Below, in pieces: positions 14,410 to 28,634 of a stretch of 64,000 bases of DNA. How positions within the stretch are numbered: the first letter of the stretch is position 1; every line of letters begins with the position of its first letter. A program made the translations under genes and the position numbers. Origin of the DNA: Schmidtea polychroa (lineage: Eukaryota); NCBI GenBank assembly GCA_044892525.1, contig CM097885.1, positions 5,210,001 through 5,274,000 on the forward strand, read 5' to 3'. Below the pieces are notes generated by a model. The model was given only the letters and a program-made list of their open reading frames with translations, had not been told where the DNA came from and searched no databases.

Positions 14410-15450
14410 AATTGGATTGAATTATATGATAAATGGATTGAATTATATGATAAATGGATTGAATTATATGACAAATGGATTAAATTATATGACAAATGGA
14501 TTAAATTATATGATAAATGGATTAAATTATATGATAAAGGGATTGCATTATATGATAAATGGATTAAATTATATGATAAATGGATTAGATTATATGATAA
14601 CTGGATTAGATTATATGATAAATGGATTAAATTATATGACAAATGGATTGAATTATATGATAAAGGGATTGCATTATATGACAAATGGATTGAATTATAT
14701 GATAAATGGATTAAATTATATGATAAAGGGATTGCATTATATGACAAATGGATTGAATTATATGATAAATGGATTAAATTATATGATAAAGGGATTGCAT
14801 TATATGATAAATGGATTAAATTATATGACAAATGGATTGAATTATATGATAAATGGATTAAATTATATGATAAATGGATTAAATTATATGATAAATGGAT
14901 TAAATTATATGATAACTGGATTAGATTATATGATAAATGGATTAAATTATATGACAAATGGATTGAATTATATGATAAAGGGATTGCATTATATGACAAA
15001 TGGATTGAATTATATGATAAATGGATTAAATTATATGATAAAGGGATTGCATTATATGACAAATGGATTGAATTATATGATAAATGGATTAAATTATATG
15101 ATAAAGGGATTGCATTATATGATAAAGGGATTGCATTATATGATAAAGGGATTGCATTATATGATAAATGGATTAAATTATATGATAAATGGATTAAATT
15201 ATAAGACAAATGGATTAAATTATATGACAAATGGATTGAATTATATGATAAATGGATTAAATTATATGATAAATGGATTAAATTATATGATAAATGGATT
15301 AAATTATATGATAAAGGGATTGCATTATATGATAAATGGATTAAATTATATGATAAATGGATTAAATTATATGATAAAGGGATTGCATTATATGACAAAT
15401 GGATTGAATTATATGATAAATGGATTAAATTTTATGATAAATGGATATAA
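14410..15450. repeat. 21-bp minisatellite, about 49 copies
   Basis: Consensus TTATATGATAAATGGATTAAA with a few recurring variants (GACA, AGGGATTGCA, ACTGGATTAGA). Confidence 0.98.
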
Positions 15451-16679
15451 ATAAATATTGAATTATTCAAAATTAAAATCAGTGAGTATTTAAGCAATGA
15501 ACAATTAAAATAAGTTTAATAAGGCGTTTATTCCCACCGGCATTGAATTTTATCCATTATGTTGGTCTGGAATATGATGGACCGCAAATAAATATAATAT
15601 AATATAACCAATTTATCATCGGTGGCTATAATTGAAAAATAACTTCACCTTCGACAATGATTCCGATGATGAGTTTCAGATAATTTGTAGTGAGCACCGT
15701 AAGATCCCATTTCTATATAGAAATAAAACCGATAAATAATTTCCTACTCTTGTGCTCACCTTATATTCCTCCCATTTAATGAGATTTGTCATGGTCGGCC
15801 TGAAAGACAGAGGAACTTGTAAACTGGAATCTATTTCTGCCTGTGAACGAGGAATAAATCAACGTAATTTATCGGGAGAAAGAAAAACTATCACGTTATC
15901 CCAATCGAAATACATATCCTTCATCAGATAACCCGAAGACCGCCATTCATTAAAGAATTCACATCCGGGATAAGGTAAACTGATAACATGGAACTCTTTG
16001 TATCGATTGTGTCGATCGACTTTTTCCGAGGAACTCATTCTGAAATCGCCAATGGATAATAGAGAAGAGTAAGTGAAGAGAAAGAAAGATATATGAAGAT
16101 ATAAACGAGTTGGAAATGAAGTTGTCAAGACAATTTATAAAGTTCCCTAAAATATGGATTTGTTCGAGAAATTATTATCTTTCAATTTCTGACATTCAAT
16201 TGGATCATTACGTAGGCTCCCTATAATGAGGACGAACGGATAAAGTAACATATATCTGAATGGGGTTGGTAGATATTAATGCTTATCGGGAAAAGCTTCA
16301 GTCCTATTGTCATTATAAATCCCCCAAAAAATTAAATTTGCTGATAAATATTGACAACACAACTTACAAGGTCATTCATAAACTAAGCATAAATATCAGT
16401 CTCCCTAGGATTAGTAAAGAATGTAAAAACGTTTCCGAGATTAAATGGAATGTCTAGGTGGACCAAAAAATGGCAATTTATTAAGACAAATTACGGTAAG
16501 AAATTCCAAGGTTAAATGTGACCGTTTTATCATTAAATCTGACCTTTGATAAACACATTTAATATATCGATATAGTGATTGTTTAGTATTGTAGATTTTA
16601 TAATTAATCAATTCTCGTCAATAATAAAATAGATAATAAATAAAAAATGAATTATTATTGACCGGGTAAATGTCAATAG

Positions 16680-16870
16680 ATATGTGTATTGGTATTCCTG
16701 GGACAGTCAATGGCGTGTCTATGCGTACCCCCTGCTATATGCCTCCATTTGCGATCAACACCCAGTTGAATCCCAAAATCGCCCATCTACCTATCAAATC
16801 CCCTTTGCCTGTGGGATTATTATGGAACTGGAAACTATTGCATGTGCGTAAGGGAAATTTTGTCACTATG
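16680..16870 (-). mobile_element. degenerate Gypsy-like RNase H remnant
   Basis: Broken frames give GRWAIL and KWRHIAG, resembling the end of LTR-retrotransposon RNase H. Confidence 0.35.
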
Positions 16871-17107
16871 TTCTTTTAATATCTCTCCATTTTGACGCTT
16901 TCACTGAAATCTTAATTCTTGCTGAATTATTCTATGTAATGATTCTATTTACATTGCCTTGCCTCAATCTTTAAATCTCCTATATTATCATCGCTGATAG
17001 AGTTTCAGAAATCATTACAATCGCTTTGGTTTCGTAGCTTAGATTTCAAATGATTAGTTTTTTGATAAGCTTCATACATTTCTCTCTTATTCATCACTAT
17101 TTTATAG

Positions 17108-17335
17108 GCATCGATTAAATAATAATTATTATTATTCAGCATCGATTAAATAATAATTATTATTATTCAGCATCGATTAAATAATAATTATTATTATTCA
17201 GCATCGATTAAATAATAATAATTATTATTATTCAGCATCGATTAAATAATAATTATTATTATTCAGCATCGATTAAATAATAATAATTATTCAACATTGA
17301 TTAAATAATAATAATAATTATTCAACATTGATTAA
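17108..17335. repeat. ~31-bp tandem repeat, about 7 copies
   Basis: GCATCGATTAAATAATAATTATTATTATTCA repeated; the last copies are degenerate. Confidence 0.95.
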
Positions 17336-17589
17336 ATTAAAATAATAACAATTAATCGGGGCGGTTAAATTAACGCAAAATGCTTACAACATTGACCCGG
17401 ATTGAATAATTTTAAAAATTAACCGCAAATGTCGAAATTAGGAAAAGTTTCAAAATATTATGGAGTAGTCGAAATGAAATCTTTCGCTTCCATTAAGAAC
17501 CAAATTATCTCTAAATTTAAGATTTCGAATTTTGTTTTCTTTCGACTCACTTAGCATTATGCACGTTTTGTAATTTTGTTATTTTTTCC

Positions 17590-18205
17590 GTGTTTCGTTT
17601 AATTGGAGTAATTTTGGTTTAAATTAAGTGCCTTTTTGAATTTGATTTAGATTAATCGACTTTTTGCCATAACTTTGTCAATTTTAGTATATTTTTTTGG
17701 TTTAAGTGAAGGGATTTTATGTAAAATTTATAAATTTCAATTTGAGATAATTTTTATTTTGTTTAAATGGAACGTGTTTTTTGATTTTTTTTGTTTAAGT
17801 GCTTTTAAATGAAATCTATGAATATCAATTTAAAATTATTTTTATTCTGTTTTAATGAGTTTATTTTTGTTTAAATTAAGTGATTTTTCATTTTTTTTGT
17901 TTAAGTGAAGTGATTTTATGTAAATTTGAGATTAGTTTAATTTTTTTAAATGGACTAACTTTTGTTTAAATTAAGCGATTTTTGATCCTTTTTGTTTAAA
18001 TGAAGCGAGTTTTTGATTTTTTTTGTTTAAATGAAGTGATTTTATATAAAGTCTATGTAAATTTGAGATTAATGTTATTTTGTTTAAATAGAGCGTGTTT
18101 TTTGATTTTTTTTTGTTTAAGTGAATTAATTTTGTTCTATTGATATGTCAGTGCTCTTGGTTAAATGAAGTGTTTCCAGTAATATATATATATATATATA
18201 TATAT
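17590..18205. repeat. degenerate T-rich subrepeat array ending at (TA)n, probably a non-autonomous transposon
   Basis: More than ten copies of TTTTGTTTAA(A/G)TGAA-like motifs; (TA)n at 18182-18204. Confidence 0.55.
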
Positions 18206-18384
18206 GATTTCAAGTTGACATTGTGGAGGCTGTGAGGAAGTTACTGGGGTCCTAATTTCTATCTAGTTCGAGTTGGTTATTGTATGTTTAAAACCGAATT
18301 TCAGCGCCAGGACTACAGATAGCAGAAAAGAGAAAGAAAAGACCAGAAAAAAGAAGACAGATAATCAATAAAAAGAATATTTAC

Positions 18385-18870
18385 GGCAGTCCAAACATCA
18401 TTTTCTTTTTCTCGAGCATTAAATCAAAAATGTATTTGATTTTGAAATTTTCCAACAAAGTTTTGTCGTCGCCTCTGATTTGATCGAACGCTTCCTTGCT
18501 ATTATAATATAAGATTGAGATGAGAATGAGATGAAATATATGCTCAAGGCATCTAATTTATGTTACCCGGTAGATTTAGTGCTATTCGAGCCAGTAGACA
18601 GCTCCGATCCACCAAATACCGATGTGAAATACTGACGGCCGTAAATTTCAAACGTGCCGCTGAGAGTGCTTGATCGACACAAGAACTAGAGATCAAACAA
18701 AGAGATCATGGAAAAAACGACACGAGAATAATAAAAAATAACTTTGCCTTTGAAAGAGAACGTTGGAACTGCGAAACGGTTCCTACAGCGCGCATTGATA
18801 GACTTGGTGATGCTTTGCATGAAAATGTTATTGGTGGTTAATATCGATGATCTTGAACTTGAATTTTTCT
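18385..18870 (-). other. possible spliced coding exons of unknown product
   Basis: Three GC-richer blocks separated by ~55-65 nt segments with GT..polypyrimidine-AG ends; no recognisable domain. Confidence 0.3.
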
Positions 18871-19049
18871 CAAATATATTTTCAATAAATAATAAATTTT
18901 TACTCTTCTTCTGGTGAGATTTTTTGATAAGGAAGAAATATTTTTGGAGGATAATGAGGACATAATATTTCGGTGTAGTTATCAATCACCTGAATATTGT
19001 CACAAATATTCAACAGTTTATGGTTTCATTGGCAATATATGATAACAAA

Positions 19050-19075
19050 TAAATAATAATTATAAATAAATAAAT

Positions 19076-19174
<99 letters not shown>

Positions 19175-19254
19175 TTAAAAATAAATAATAATAAATTAAA
19201 ATGAATATTAATCAAAATAAATAATAAAAATTATAATAATAAATAACAATAAAG

Positions 19255-19287
<33 letters not shown>

Positions 19288-19458
19288 TAAAAAATACTAA
19301 AAATATTAATATTAATAAAAATAACTAATAATAAATAACAATAAATATTATTAATAATAATAAATAATAATAATAATAGTATTATTAATAATAATAAATA
19401 ATAAAAAATATTAATTAAAATAATAATTAATACAATTATAAATAAATTTTATTAATAA

Positions 19459-19490
<32 letters not shown>

Positions 19491-19890
19491 TAATAATAAA
19501 TAATAATAAAAAATATTAATAAAAATAATAATTAATACAATAATTATAAATAAATTTTATTAATAAAATAATAATAATAAATATTAAAATGAACTAAAAT
19601 TAAATAAAAATAAATATTATTAATAATAATAATAAATATTACAAATAATTAATAATAAATTAAATATTAATAAAAATAATAATTAATACAAAAATTTAAA
19701 AAAAAATTTTTAATAAAATAATAAATATTAAAAATAATTAATAATAAATAAAAATAAATAATAACAATAATAATAATAAATAATAAAAATTATTAATAAT
19801 AATAATAAATATTAAAAATAAATAATAATAAATTAAAATGAATATTAATCAAAATAAATAATAAAAATTATAATAATAAATAACAATAAA

Positions 19891-19957
<67 letters not shown>

Positions 19958-20128
19958 TAAAAAATACTAAAAATATTAATATTAATAAAAATAACTAATA
20001 ATAAATAACAATAAATATTATTAATAATAATAAATAATAATAATAATAGTATTATTAATAATAATAAATAATAAAAAATATTAATTAAAATAATAATTAA
20101 TACAATTATAAATAAATTTTATTAATAA

Positions 20129-20163
<35 letters not shown>

Positions 20164-22070
20164 TAATAATAAATAATAATAAAAAATATTAATAAAAATA
20201 ATAATTAATACAATAATTATAAATAAATTTTATTAATAAAATAATAATAATAAATATTAAAATGAACTAAAATTAAATAAAAATAAATATTATTAATAAT
20301 AATAATAAATATTACAAATAATTAATAATAAATAAAATATTAATAAAAATAATAATTAATACAAAAATTTTAAAAAAAATTTTTAATAAAATAATAAATA
20401 TTAAAAATAATTAATAATAAATAAAAATAAATAATAACAATAATAATAATAAATAATAAAAATTATTAATAATAATAATAAATATTAAAAATAAATAATA
20501 ATAAATTAAAATGAATATTAATCAAAATAAATAATAAAAATTATAATAATAAATAACAATAAATAATAATAATAAAAAAAAATAATAATAATAATAATAA
20601 TAAATAATAAAAAAAACTAAAAATATTAATATTAATAAAAATAATTAAAAATATTAATAAAAATAACTAATAATAAATAACAATAAATATTATTAATAAT
20701 AATAAATAATAATAATAATAGTATTATTAATAATAATAAATAATAAAAAATATTAATTAAAATAATAATTAATACAATTATAAATAAATTTTATTAATAA
20801 AATAATAATAATAATAATAATAATAAATAATAATAAAAAATATTAATAAAAATAATAATTAATACAATAATTATAAATAAATCTTATTAATAAAATAATA
20901 ATAATAAATATTACAAATAATTAATAATAAATAAAATATTAATAAAAATAATAATTAATACAAAAATTTTAAAAAAAATTTTTAATAAAATAATAAATAT
21001 TAAAAATAATTAATAATAAATAAAAATAAATAATAACAATAATAATAATAAATAATAAAAATTAATAATAATAATAATAAATATTAAAAATAAATAATAA
21101 TAAATTAAAATGAATATTAATCAAAATAAATAATAAAAATTATAATAATAAATAACAATAAATAATAATAATAAAAAATAATAATAATAATAATAATAAA
21201 TAATAAAAAAAACTAAAAATATTAATATTAATAAAAATAATTAAAAATATTAATAAAAATAACTAATAATAAATAACAATAAATATTATTAATAATAATA
21301 AATAATAATAATAATAGTATTATTAATAATAATAAATAATAAAAAATATTAATTAAAATAATAATTAATACAATTATAAATAAATTTTATTAATAAAATA
21401 ATAATAATAATAATAATAAATAATAATAAAAAATATTAATAAAAATAATAATTAATACAATAATTATAAATAAATTTTATTAATAAAATAATAAATATTA
21501 CAAATAATTAATAATAAATAAAATATTAATAAAAATAATAATTAATACAAAAATTTTAAAAAAAATTTTTAATAAAATAATAATAAATATTAAAAATAAT
21601 TAATAATAAATAAAAATAAATAATAACAATAATAATAATAAATAATAAAAATTATTAATAAAAATAATAAATATTAAAAATAAATAATAATAAATAATAA
21701 AAATATTAATAAAAATTATAATAATAAATAACAATAAACATTAATAAAAATTATAATTAACACAATAATAATATATAAATTTTATAAATAAAATAAGAAT
21801 AATAAATATTAAAAATAACTAATAATAAATAACAATAAATATTACTCAAAATAAATAATAACAATAATAATAATAAATAATAAAAATTATTAATAAAAAT
21901 TATAATTAATACAATAATTATTGTATTAAAATAATAATAATAAATATTAAAAATAATTAATAATAAATAATAAAAAATATTAATAAAAATAATAATAAAA
22001 AATAAAACTAAATAATAAAAATTATAATAATAAATAACAATTGTAAATAATAATTATAAAATAATAGTAA
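19050..22070. repeat. nearly pure A/T (AAT-derived) satellite with ~600-670 bp higher-order units
   Basis: Marker AAATGAATATTAATCAAAAT recurs near 19199, 19836, 20509 and 21108. Confidence 0.93.
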
Positions 22071-22103
22071 AGTGAATGATTTCTTGGTAGCAGCATTAAT
22101 TAA

Positions 22104-22251
22104 ATTTTAAACAATTAAATGATAATTTAAGCCTTCTGCTGCGAATAATGTATTTAATAAAAATGAAAAAAAAATTACAACTATAAGATAGGCTTTTCAA
22201 TTTTTATTATTTGCAGCAAAAGGCTTAAATTATCATTTATTTGTTTAAAAT
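22104..22251. repeat. inverted repeat / MITE-like hairpin with ~46-bp arms
   Basis: ATTTTAAACAATTAAATGATAATTTAAGCCTTCTGCTGCGAATAAT is mirrored at 22206-22251. Confidence 0.85.
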
Positions 22252-24445
22252 AATAAAAATAAACATGAAAAATAATTAATAATAAAAGCAATAGAAAATA
22301 AATAAATTATAATTAATAAATAATATTTTAATAATAATAATTATAATAAATAACAATAAATATTAATAGTAAAAATAAAAATAAATGGTAATAATCAATA
22401 AATATTAACAATCAAAATAATTATAGTAAATAGCAATAAATTATTTTAAATAAATTGTAATATTAATAATAAAAAATTATTTATAAATTTTAATAAAATT
22501 CTAATTCCTTCCCAATCAATAATATCCATCCTCTTTGTCAGCTGGATTATATGTAACATGTAAATTGGGAAATTCCTAACCGTCAGCTGTTCCTAAGCGA
22601 GATTGTTTGAAAAGTAATTTGCAAGATTTCATAATCCTCCGAAACGTTAAATATTGCACAAAATACACAATAATTATTGTCAATGCTAAAGGTCAACAGC
22701 ATCACTAAATCTACACTACTGGGATTATCGGTTACTAAGTATTTCAATTTCATTTAGCTTAATATTGTTACAAATTCGATTGTAATATTAGATAATAATT
22801 TTTTAATTACATTCAATAATTAGATTTGAAGTTTAAATAAGAATTTTGATTTTTTTAAATCAATTTAGAGAATTTTTATTGTAAAATTCATGAAATTTAT
22901 ACAATAATAAAAAGAATTACTTGCAATATATAATCTTCCGAAAATAAATCTTCACAAATTTGATTTATTCGCAAAATTTCCTAATTATAAATTAATACAA
23001 AAAAAAATTGTAGATAAGATAATTTTAAGTATTACACTTCTTTTTTTAGTGAAAACTTTTTCATTGTAATTTCCATGTTTCATTATTTTAAAAAGATTTA
23101 TTAGGTAACTCTCGAGAAATGAACTTATTGAATCAGCCATAATTGTAAGTATAAGATTAAGTTAAAATTTTATGATCTGACAGATTTTTAATTAACTTAA
23201 TCAAAATATGTTAAATGAAACCTGAAAGTTTTTTTACTAATAAATTAAATTATTTATAAGAATAAATTATCAAATTTGAATTTAGAATGATAAAGTGAAT
23301 AAGCATTATTAAAACACTACCTAAAAATAAAAAAAATATTTAGTGTTTCATTTTTAAATGAAATCAGTATTTGTTAATTATATATATTCGAATTTTTTTT
23401 CAATTTAAAATTAAAATGGTTTAAATTTAAGTATGCGCTTCAATTTGTCTTTTTGTCTTTAAATAAAGCTGAATAAAGTCTTTGAACATTTCTGGCGTTA
23501 TCTGAAATATAACCTCATTCAATACGAAAATATTTCTTGTGTCATGGACATAAAAATTTCACTGTTGATGGAATATAACTGTTTTTAAAAAATATGATTT
23601 TGATTCTTGAAAATGGAAATGAAAGAAAATCTATAACTGCTATGTTTAATTTTTGGATACGATAAAATGCTTAATTTGATAAAAAAGACTGATAGTAAAT
23701 GAAAGCCCCAATATCAAATAAAATGACAAATAACATAATGATTATAAAGTTATGCTACTCTTTGTAAGGGGTTTGTCGTTTTAATAAGATTAAATCTCTT
23801 TTAGATTTTAAATCAACATTGTACACTGGCTCCTTTAAAAGTATAAAACGTCAAGACTCACCGCAATGTAAATTATTTGATAATTATTTACAACATAAAG
23901 AAATCAAAATATGTATTAAAAGATCGCGAATTAGGTGTCGGTCATAGGGCAATTGTAATACATAGGTATAAAGAAAATTAATCTATAAAATTTTTTAACT
24001 TCTTAGTGCGATAAAGAATGAGAAACAAAATAACCATTTTGGTAAAGAATAAGTGAGGACACAAATAAATACAAAATATTGCATTATTTTGTTTTGAAAT
24101 AAATCAAAATTGTAATTAATTGTTTAATATTTTAAAATATGATGAAAATAAGTCAAAAACTTTCCAAAATTAATAAGGCAAGGGGAGGGGTAAAGATAAT
24201 TAATTATCCAAACCATTCAATAAATTAATTGACTTTATGAATTAAATTTAATTATAATAAAAGTAAATTTTGAATGTTTAAAAGAATATGAAATTCAAAA
24301 ATTTAAACAAAAAGAAAAGTAGAAAAAATAATTCTTTTTATTTGTAACTAATAAAAATAAAAACACAATATTAGATTATCTATAATTAAATAAAGTGTTA
24401 AATTTAGTTTTAATATTTAATTTTGTTATATAATTAGTTACAAAC

Positions 24446-26065
24446 ATGCCACCGAAATTTCTTACGAAATCCGAAAGAAAAATAGTTCAAGAAGCAGAAG
24501 ACCGCGAATTGATCGGTTGTATCAAACTTAGCCATAAGTTTGTCAATAAAACCGAAGATCAAAGCGCACCAATGACATCTTTCGCAATTGAAGATTTGAA
24601 CATGACAATCCTTGAAAAGGATTTGTTCAGAAATTCATCAATCACTATTGAACAAGGCAAAAGATATGGTCTTATTGGAGGTAATGGGTCAGGAAAATCT
24701 ATCCTATTCAAAGCTATGCAGATGGGCTTATTCGACTTCCCAAAAGATTACACGATTGGAATTGTCGAAGAAGAATGTCTTGCTGATGGAACTAAAGTAG
24801 TTGAATGTTTCGTTCCTAAAGCCGAAGTAGATGATTTCATGATTACATTTGCCGATGTAAAAAGTAGAGCTGTCAATAAAAAAAATAAGGACATTGAAGT
24901 CCCAAAATTATTAACTGTCTTAGACGGTATGGGTTTCACTCCTGAAAAAATGACTGATCACGTTGGTAATTTATCTGGTGGTTGGAGAATGAAGATTAGT
25001 TTAGCCACTGTTCTGATGGCGGAACCAGATCTTTTACTTTTAGATGAGCCAACTAACATGTTGGACGATAGAACTATTCAATGGTTGTCGGGATTTTTAA
25101 AAGAATGGAAGACTAATTTGTTTTTCATTTCTCACGACAGAGGATTTTTATCAAACGTTGCAACTGATTTATTATCGATTGAAAATAAAACTGTCGTACA
25201 TTATGCTTGCAAATACTACGAATGGTTGAGGAATCAAGAACTCGACAGAGAAAATGTTCGTAAACAAATTGAAGAACAAAAGGCATTAAAAGCTGAAATG
25301 ATGGAGTACATTAAAAAGTTCGAAAAGACAAAAAAGAAAGAAGTCGCTGCTAAAAGACTGGCTATTAAAAATCTTCCCGTAATTGATGAGAGTATTCTAG
25401 AACCGAGAGAAATCTGGAGATTTCCCGCTTGCTTGAAAATCAAGTGCGCTACAATTGAAACGAATGAAATGGGTTTCAGTTACTCGCATACCAAAGAAAT
25501 TTTAAGAAACATAACTTTGCGTGTTGAACCAGATTCTAAAATCTGCATTCTCGGAGACAACGGTTGCGGTAAAACTACTCTGTTGAAGTTATTCATGAAG
25601 ATCCTCAAACCCTCAAATGGAAACATGTTCTTGAATGATAAAACAAATGTCGGCTACTTCAGCCAGCATTACGTCGACCATTTGGAAATGGATAAATCAG
25701 CCATTGAAATTATGCAAATGAGAATCCCGAACTGCAAACTCGAAACTTATCAAAATCATTTGGTAAAATTCGGAATCACAAGTGAGGATTGGAACATTCC
25801 CGTTAGATGTTTATCATCGGGACAAAAGTCAAGAGTAGCTTTCTCAATCATTTATATGCAAAAGCCAAACTTTTTGATTTTTGACGAACCTACCAGTCAT
25901 TTGGATAAAGATGGAACTGAAGCTTTGGAAGATGCTTTGAGGAAATTCAAAGGAGGGGTCATTATTGTTACTCACGACGGCCGTTTGATGACAAACGTTT
26001 GTAACGATTTATGGTACATCCAGAACAGAACTCTATCAACTATTAAGGATGGTTGTTTGATGTAA
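24446..26065 (+). CDS. ABC-F family ATPase (two NBDs, no transmembrane domain), intronless
   Basis: GGNGSGKS / LSGGW / LLLLDEPTN / ISHDR, linker, then GDNGCGKT / LSSGQ / LIFDEPTSH / VTHD. AATAAA at about 26095. Confidence 0.95.
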   Translation: MPPKFLTKSERKIVQEAEDRELIGCIKLSHKFVNKTEDQSAPMTSFAIEDLNMTILEKDLFRNSSITIEQGKRYGLIGGNGSGKSILFKAMQMGLFDFPKDYTIGIVEEECLADGTKVVECFVPKAEVDDFMITFADVKSRAVNKKNKDIEVPKLLTVLDGMGFTPEKMTDHVGNLSGGWRMKISLATVLMAEPDLLLLDEPTNMLDDRTIQWLSGFLKEWKTNLFFISHDRGFLSNVATDLLSIENKTVVHYACKYYEWLRNQELDRENVRKQIEEQKALKAEMMEYIKKFEKTKKKEVAAKRLAIKNLPVIDESILEPREIWRFPACLKIKCATIETNEMGFSYSHTKEILRNITLRVEPDSKICILGDNGCGKTTLLKLFMKILKPSNGNMFLNDKTNVGYFSQHYVDHLEMDKSAIEIMQMRIPNCKLETYQNHLVKFGITSEDWNIPVRCLSSGQKSRVAFSIIYMQKPNFLIFDEPTSHLDKDGTEALEDALRKFKGGVIIVTHDGRLMTNVCNDLWYIQNRTLSTIKDGCLM

Positions 26066-26899
26066 ATAGGTCTTAGATTTATTTATCACGGACTAATAAA
26101 ATTATTATTCAATTCGTTGTTTTTGCGTATTATCAGATTTGTTTGTAATTAATTATCAATTTGTCGTATGATTGTGTAACATCCTATGTCTTTTGGTTCA
26201 ATTACGTAATTTTCCACGTCATTAAATTCACGTGTTACATAAGAATTTTATATCTGGTATTCAGGCACAAAGATATATAGCATTTTAGACCCCTCATATC
26301 CCACAGATGAATAAATATATATTTAAATTTTAGAAATCACTTCTAAATAGTAAATTGTATAAAAGTTATTTAATATAAAAAAATAAATGTACAAAGCTTT
26401 GCATTAATTCATTTTTAACAGTTTATGGAAAATTATTAGAAAAATAAAATGTTTGGTAAAGTGATTGGTAAATCCACGCGAACCAATCACAGTTGACTTG
26501 TTGAAATCTCAAATATTGCTATTTGAAACTTACGGGGTGATTATAAGTAATATATTAATCAAAAAGTTAATTTTTTTTTTAAATATATTTCAAAAAAATT
26601 CACTTTTTACAATTTTCTTTTATGAATAATCGAATATAACCTATGAAAAGAAATTTATTTAATTTGTCATTAAAGTTCCACTGTCTGGGTTTTAATGAAT
26701 ATTTGAGATATTCGATTTTTCTTATCGCAAGAATTTGTTTGTGAAAATAATTTATTCACCTTTATTTATTTTATTGAGCTCAAACTTTCAATAAATAAGA
26801 ATCATTCATAATTAAAAATAAACATTCAAATATAATATAAAATACCCATGAATGTTAATTCGGTATATCACAATAAAATAGTCAAGATAAAAATTGTCT

Positions 26900-27900
26900 A
26901 TGGTTACACGATGAATTGAAGGGTTATTATTTGAGATTGATAAAGGTTTGATGCAGTTGAATTGGATTTGAGATGGTTGGATGTTTTCATTTCTCTGTAT
27001 GAGTTTGACATGTTGAATGTGTCGATGGAGTAAGTTAATCTACCCTCATCGTCCAACATTCCTCCCAAGGAATTCCTGAACCCTTTCTTTATCACCAGAT
27101 TCAGGGTTTGTCCTCCTCAGCTTGTCTGACACAATGGTTACAGAGATTCTTTACTGTGATGATTTTTTTTGTTTTCATCGATGATAAAATATGAATCTTC
27201 TGGCATTATATCGATGTTAGGTTGGCGTCCAATTTCCTCTTCCATTGTTAATGTTGCCATTGCTTGATGTTCTGTTTGGTTGATATCTTCTAGCATTCAT
27301 ATCTCCATTTCTGTTATATTGCTTGTACTGGTATTGATATCTACTTAATCATCAAATGAGAAGTATTCTCTGGATCTTGGCCACAATTGTTCAATGATAT
27401 ATCTCTGGTTCCTTTTTTATTTCTGACTACGTTCTAGTTGGTGCTTTCTCTTCGCTTATAAAGATAAGGTCGTCGTCGCAATCGTTTATCAGTTCTTCAA
27501 CGAAGCTTTTCCTCAGTTTTATTTCACCCATTTCTATGTCTAAATCTTCGTCTACACTTTCTGATCCATCTTCGGATATTTTTATTGGTTGGCTTTAGGT
27601 TTTGTGTGCTTTGCCCATAAATTCATCGATGCCCCATTTGACCACTTCTTCCTATTTGTTTTCCAATATACTTTATATTACTTTTACGATACTTGTTGTT
27701 ACTGCAGCCGAGAAGGGTTTGAGGGTGTCATTTAATCTTTTGTCTTTGCACCATTTTTATGGTAGTTTATTACTTGGTAATTCAAGTTTGATATTTTAAT
27801 CTTTTTTTACAGATGGACCATGACTTTGTCGCCTGACATCTCTCTTATTCCCATAACATTGTCAAGACCTATTGCCAAAGTTTTTAATTTATCCACGATC
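26900..27900 (-). mobile_element. decayed LTR retrotransposon 3' end with polypurine tract and start of the 3' LTR
   Basis: Minus strand GGGAGGAA is immediately followed by TGTTGG at 27058; upstream frames are broken. Confidence 0.45.
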
Positions 27901-27952
27901 TCGAGCACTATTATTATAGTAGGAATTATGGGATAATCGAAATTGGGAGTAT

Positions 27953-27988
27953 TATGAGGTATTTTCTCGCTTATGTATTTGTACGTTA

Positions 27989-28031
<43 letters not shown>

Positions 28032-28064
28032 CGTACAAATACATAAGCGAGAAAATACCTCATA
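27953..28064. repeat. near-perfect 112-bp palindrome centred on (TA)n
   Basis: TATGAGGTATTTTCTCGCTTATGTATTTGTACGT-(TA)n-ACGTACAAATACATAAGCGAGAAAATACCTCATA. Confidence 0.95.
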
Positions 28065-28634
28065 TTGTGAGGAGGTTTGTAGAGCCCAGCCAAGTCACCA
28101 GTAAATGAACTGTCTCGGGACAGCTGGGGTGAATGTGTGTAGAGTAATATACAATAGATTAATAATGATATAAAGATTATGATAAAATAATAACTAAGTT
28201 CAACTAACAAAAAATATTGTAGGACCTGATTTAACTGGAATATCGTTAACTTAGACCAAACTTAGAATATCTATGTTGGTAGTCGCTTGATCAAAGGGAT
28301 TTATTATGTCTGGATTGATATCGATGGGTTACGATCAAAATCGTATATGATTGTTTCGTTGTATTAGAATTGAATTTAGTATATTTAGTTATTGATCGCT
28401 TAGTCAGTGATTGATCAAAATTGCTTGATTGTAATTGAGAATACACGGAATCATCTTATTAAATTTGGATTCGACTTTGAATATTTTCTCTGCTTCTAGT
28501 TTTCCTTTATTATTCTTTTGATTGTTCGAGTTTACAAACTTCTATTATTATTTCCTTAGAATATTCTTTATCGATTCTTTTGAATTTTTTATTATTTTTC
28601 CGATTTGTGATTTTTACTATAGCGATAATTTACT

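Noticed and set aside
14376..15454. 340-345 aa heptad-repeat ORFs on both strands
   Set aside because: A by-product of a 21-bp tandem repeat; no unique flanking coding sequence or splice context.
17108..17335. 31-bp repeats as a CRISPR array
   Set aside because: Head-to-tail tandem copies with no spacers.
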